Position numbers and translations under genes: made by a program. Below, one piece after another: positions 61,901 through 64,000 of a stretch of 64,000 bases of DNA. The notes beneath the pieces are model-generated. The model was not told the origin of the DNA and did not search any database. It was given only the letters and a program-made list of their open reading frames with translations. Within the stretch, counting starts at the first letter, position 1. Every line of letters starts with the position of its first letter. Origin of the DNA: Psilocybe cubensis (lineage: Eukaryota); contig CM039006.1 in the NCBI GenBank assembly GCA_017499595.2, positions 1,116,001-1,180,000 on the forward strand, written 5' to 3'.

Positions 61901-63799
61901 TCGCCTCATGGTCTTCTCCCCGTTCTTTTCACCCGTTCAGCTCCGAATGTTATTAATGAACACAATGCCGAATGGGCGTCATCCAGGCCGAAATAGGGCG
62001 TTTAAAGCTAATTAATGGGCGCGTTCGCGTTCTCTGCTCTTCGTAAGACTGGAAGTTAATGACGATGGTTAGTTGAGTCTACGATTAATCGGACAGGGGG
62101 AACAAGACGGACCTGTGTCGCAGGGAGCTGCGTCAAGGCATTGTCTAGCAAAGAATCTTATCAGAGCATACCTGACTAGCACTCCACCTCATCCACACAC
62201 CCAAACAAATGAGGTTCGAGTGGGAGGCATTAAAGGCTCAACCATGCGTTGATTCCATCAAGACCGCACGCATGCGTGGATGGGAGCACCAAGATAGCAT
62301 TACAGATTGGGCGTTTCCTTTGTTCTATCAGCGTTAGGAAAAAACGGTCTTTGTGTGTGCGAGATGAAAAAGAACGTCGGCGGTCGCAAAGGTTAATCCT
62401 TTGTAGGCAGGAAGACGGGTCTGGTGATTCATTTGTACCTGTACAGGCGCCCGGATTGACTCGGAGGAAGCGGAAATGAAAGCCATTTCGCCCACCAGGA
62501 ATCTGAGGATGATCCTTGAGGGATTTTCAAGTTGAACACCTGGGACGTCCACGCTGCAGTCGAGGTCTCATCAAGGTACATGATGTGTAGTAGGTGGAAC
62601 CGATAATCAATTTTTCGATTATCCATGATGTGGACAAGGTCCGGCAAGTTCCTGCTAATTTTTTTTTAGTTTGCAGCGGAGCTGAGATTTCATTTATGTT
62701 TACAGAGCGCTGATCCGAGCGCTTCAAAGCTTTCACTTAGTTCGTATATCGTTAACCGCATCCATATCCATGTCCTCTGGCGTCAAGCTAGAGAAGGCTA
62801 GAGTAATACGTTCAGATAATAATACGCACTCAAACTTGGAGTGAAATGACACGTGTTCCTTGCCAAATCTAGGCCCTTTGCACTGGGTCTCTGTCGGCAT
62901 TTTCTGCCTTGTTCTGCTCCGACCTCTCTTTTCAGGATTATCTGGGCACGCTAGTCATTCGCGGGAGTGTCGATCATGATCGGTACCCCTCTAGCGTCAC
63001 GGAAATGGCTGTCCAAGAGCCAATGGTATTCACTCCATTGAAATCCTCCTCATATTCGCGGAAGGCTTGAGGGATGACATTGAGATGAGATAGCTGCTCT
63101 CTGACTCATGAGCAGCGGGCGTCCCGCGCTAGAAGCTGTTAATTGAGGTACACATTCACATTTCCGACCTCTGCTGCCAGTGCACAATCTAATCCTGTTT
63201 GTGCATACTTGGCTGTTCAATTGAAGATGAGAATCTTGGAATAATCGTTTTTGAGTTCAAGATGGCGTTTTATCTCCTTGCTGCGCTGCGCTGGACCATT
63301 CCGATGGACTTGTGTTCTCCGTCCTTTATTTTCCTTGTTTTTCGTTAGATTTTTACATCTCCTAGTGACATCACAAGTCCATCGTGGACCTGTAGAGCTG
63401 CAGCCTGCGTACATGCTCAGCCAACACCAATCTCCGACATGCCCATGGAGTTCATATAGGTGGGTTAACACTGACTTGAAAGGTTTCCGAGTCGGATGCC
63501 ACATCTCCTGTCACAATGTTCACATTCAAGTTCGGTGCCTCGTCGTATATACTTACACTTACCCCCAACTCTTCAAGTTACGTATGCTATTTACCTTCGG
63601 CGTACGTACACGTCTAGCTATTATTTCTCCTATACCTCATCTCGCAACTGCGCATCGCCGAAACGACTCCGGCTTTTTGAAGTTTGCACAATGCAAATGA
63701 GCCATCCGACCAACAAATACTCAGGAACTGCGATGTCCACCTCCGGAGTCACACGCCAACTCGGTGGCAGATTAGGGTGGAATATAAGTAGGTATTATG

Positions 63800-63846
63800 G
63801 ATATAGGATTGGATAGTTTTGGGATAGGATTGGGATGGGATGGGAT
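63800..63846. repeat. Degenerate GGAT(T/A/G)-type microsatellite
   Basis: ggatataggattggatag...gggataggattgggatgggatgggat. Confidence 0.7.
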
Positions 63847-64000
63847 AAATATACTCACGGTCTCGGTCCTTGAGGGACAGGATCGGACGTGCGCTCGACA
63901 GCAAGCTCGCTGGAACGTGAAAAATAGCAACAGTTACAGTAAAGCACCGCGCACATCTTGTACAGCCTGAGGCGCATGGGGAACGATTGCGAATTCACGG

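Noticed and set aside
63217-63816. Overlapping 95-149-aa ORFs near the right edge
   Set aside because: No recognisable protein features; looks like intergenic or promoter sequence.
1-64000. MSDIN/amatoxin, borosin, CaaX pheromone or KR-repeat (KEP) precursors; tRNA and rRNA genes
   Set aside because: No matching leaders, methyltransferase, CaaX-ending small ORFs or cloverleaf/rRNA signatures recognised by eye.

Overview
Intron-rich fungal nuclear DNA, most likely an agaricomycete (mushroom-forming basidiomycete). This is inferred from short GT-AG introns, micro-exons and the gene families present; the species cannot be determined. About 24 protein-coding genes are supported. Housekeeping genes: cyclophilin A, ribosomal protein eL20, CSN5, an RBMS-like RRM protein and an APC amino-acid permease. 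Catabolic or secreted enzymes: a Gfo/Idh/MocA oxidoreductase, an A1 aspartic protease, an intradiol dioxygenase, a xylose-reductase-type AKR, an amidase and a type-B carboxylesterase. Lineage-expanded families: two F-box/LRR-like genes, two DUF6533-like membrane proteins and three DUF7330-like paralogues. Highlights: (1) a small ORF with three R-x-x-D-G-I-Q repeats conserved through synonymous changes, lying head-to-head with an intronless 547-aa internally duplicated protein carrying an HRH motif and a CxxxCxxH tail, a speculative peptide precursor/modifier pair; (2) a tail-to-tail cyclophilin duplicate lacking the catalytic Arg; (3) a 592-bp MITE with TIRs and TA flanks; (4) a 2-nt micro-exon conserved in two paralogues; (5) three helically phased CreA-type sites in a bidirectional promoter. 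All exon structures were read by eye, and family names are from motif recognition, not database searches.
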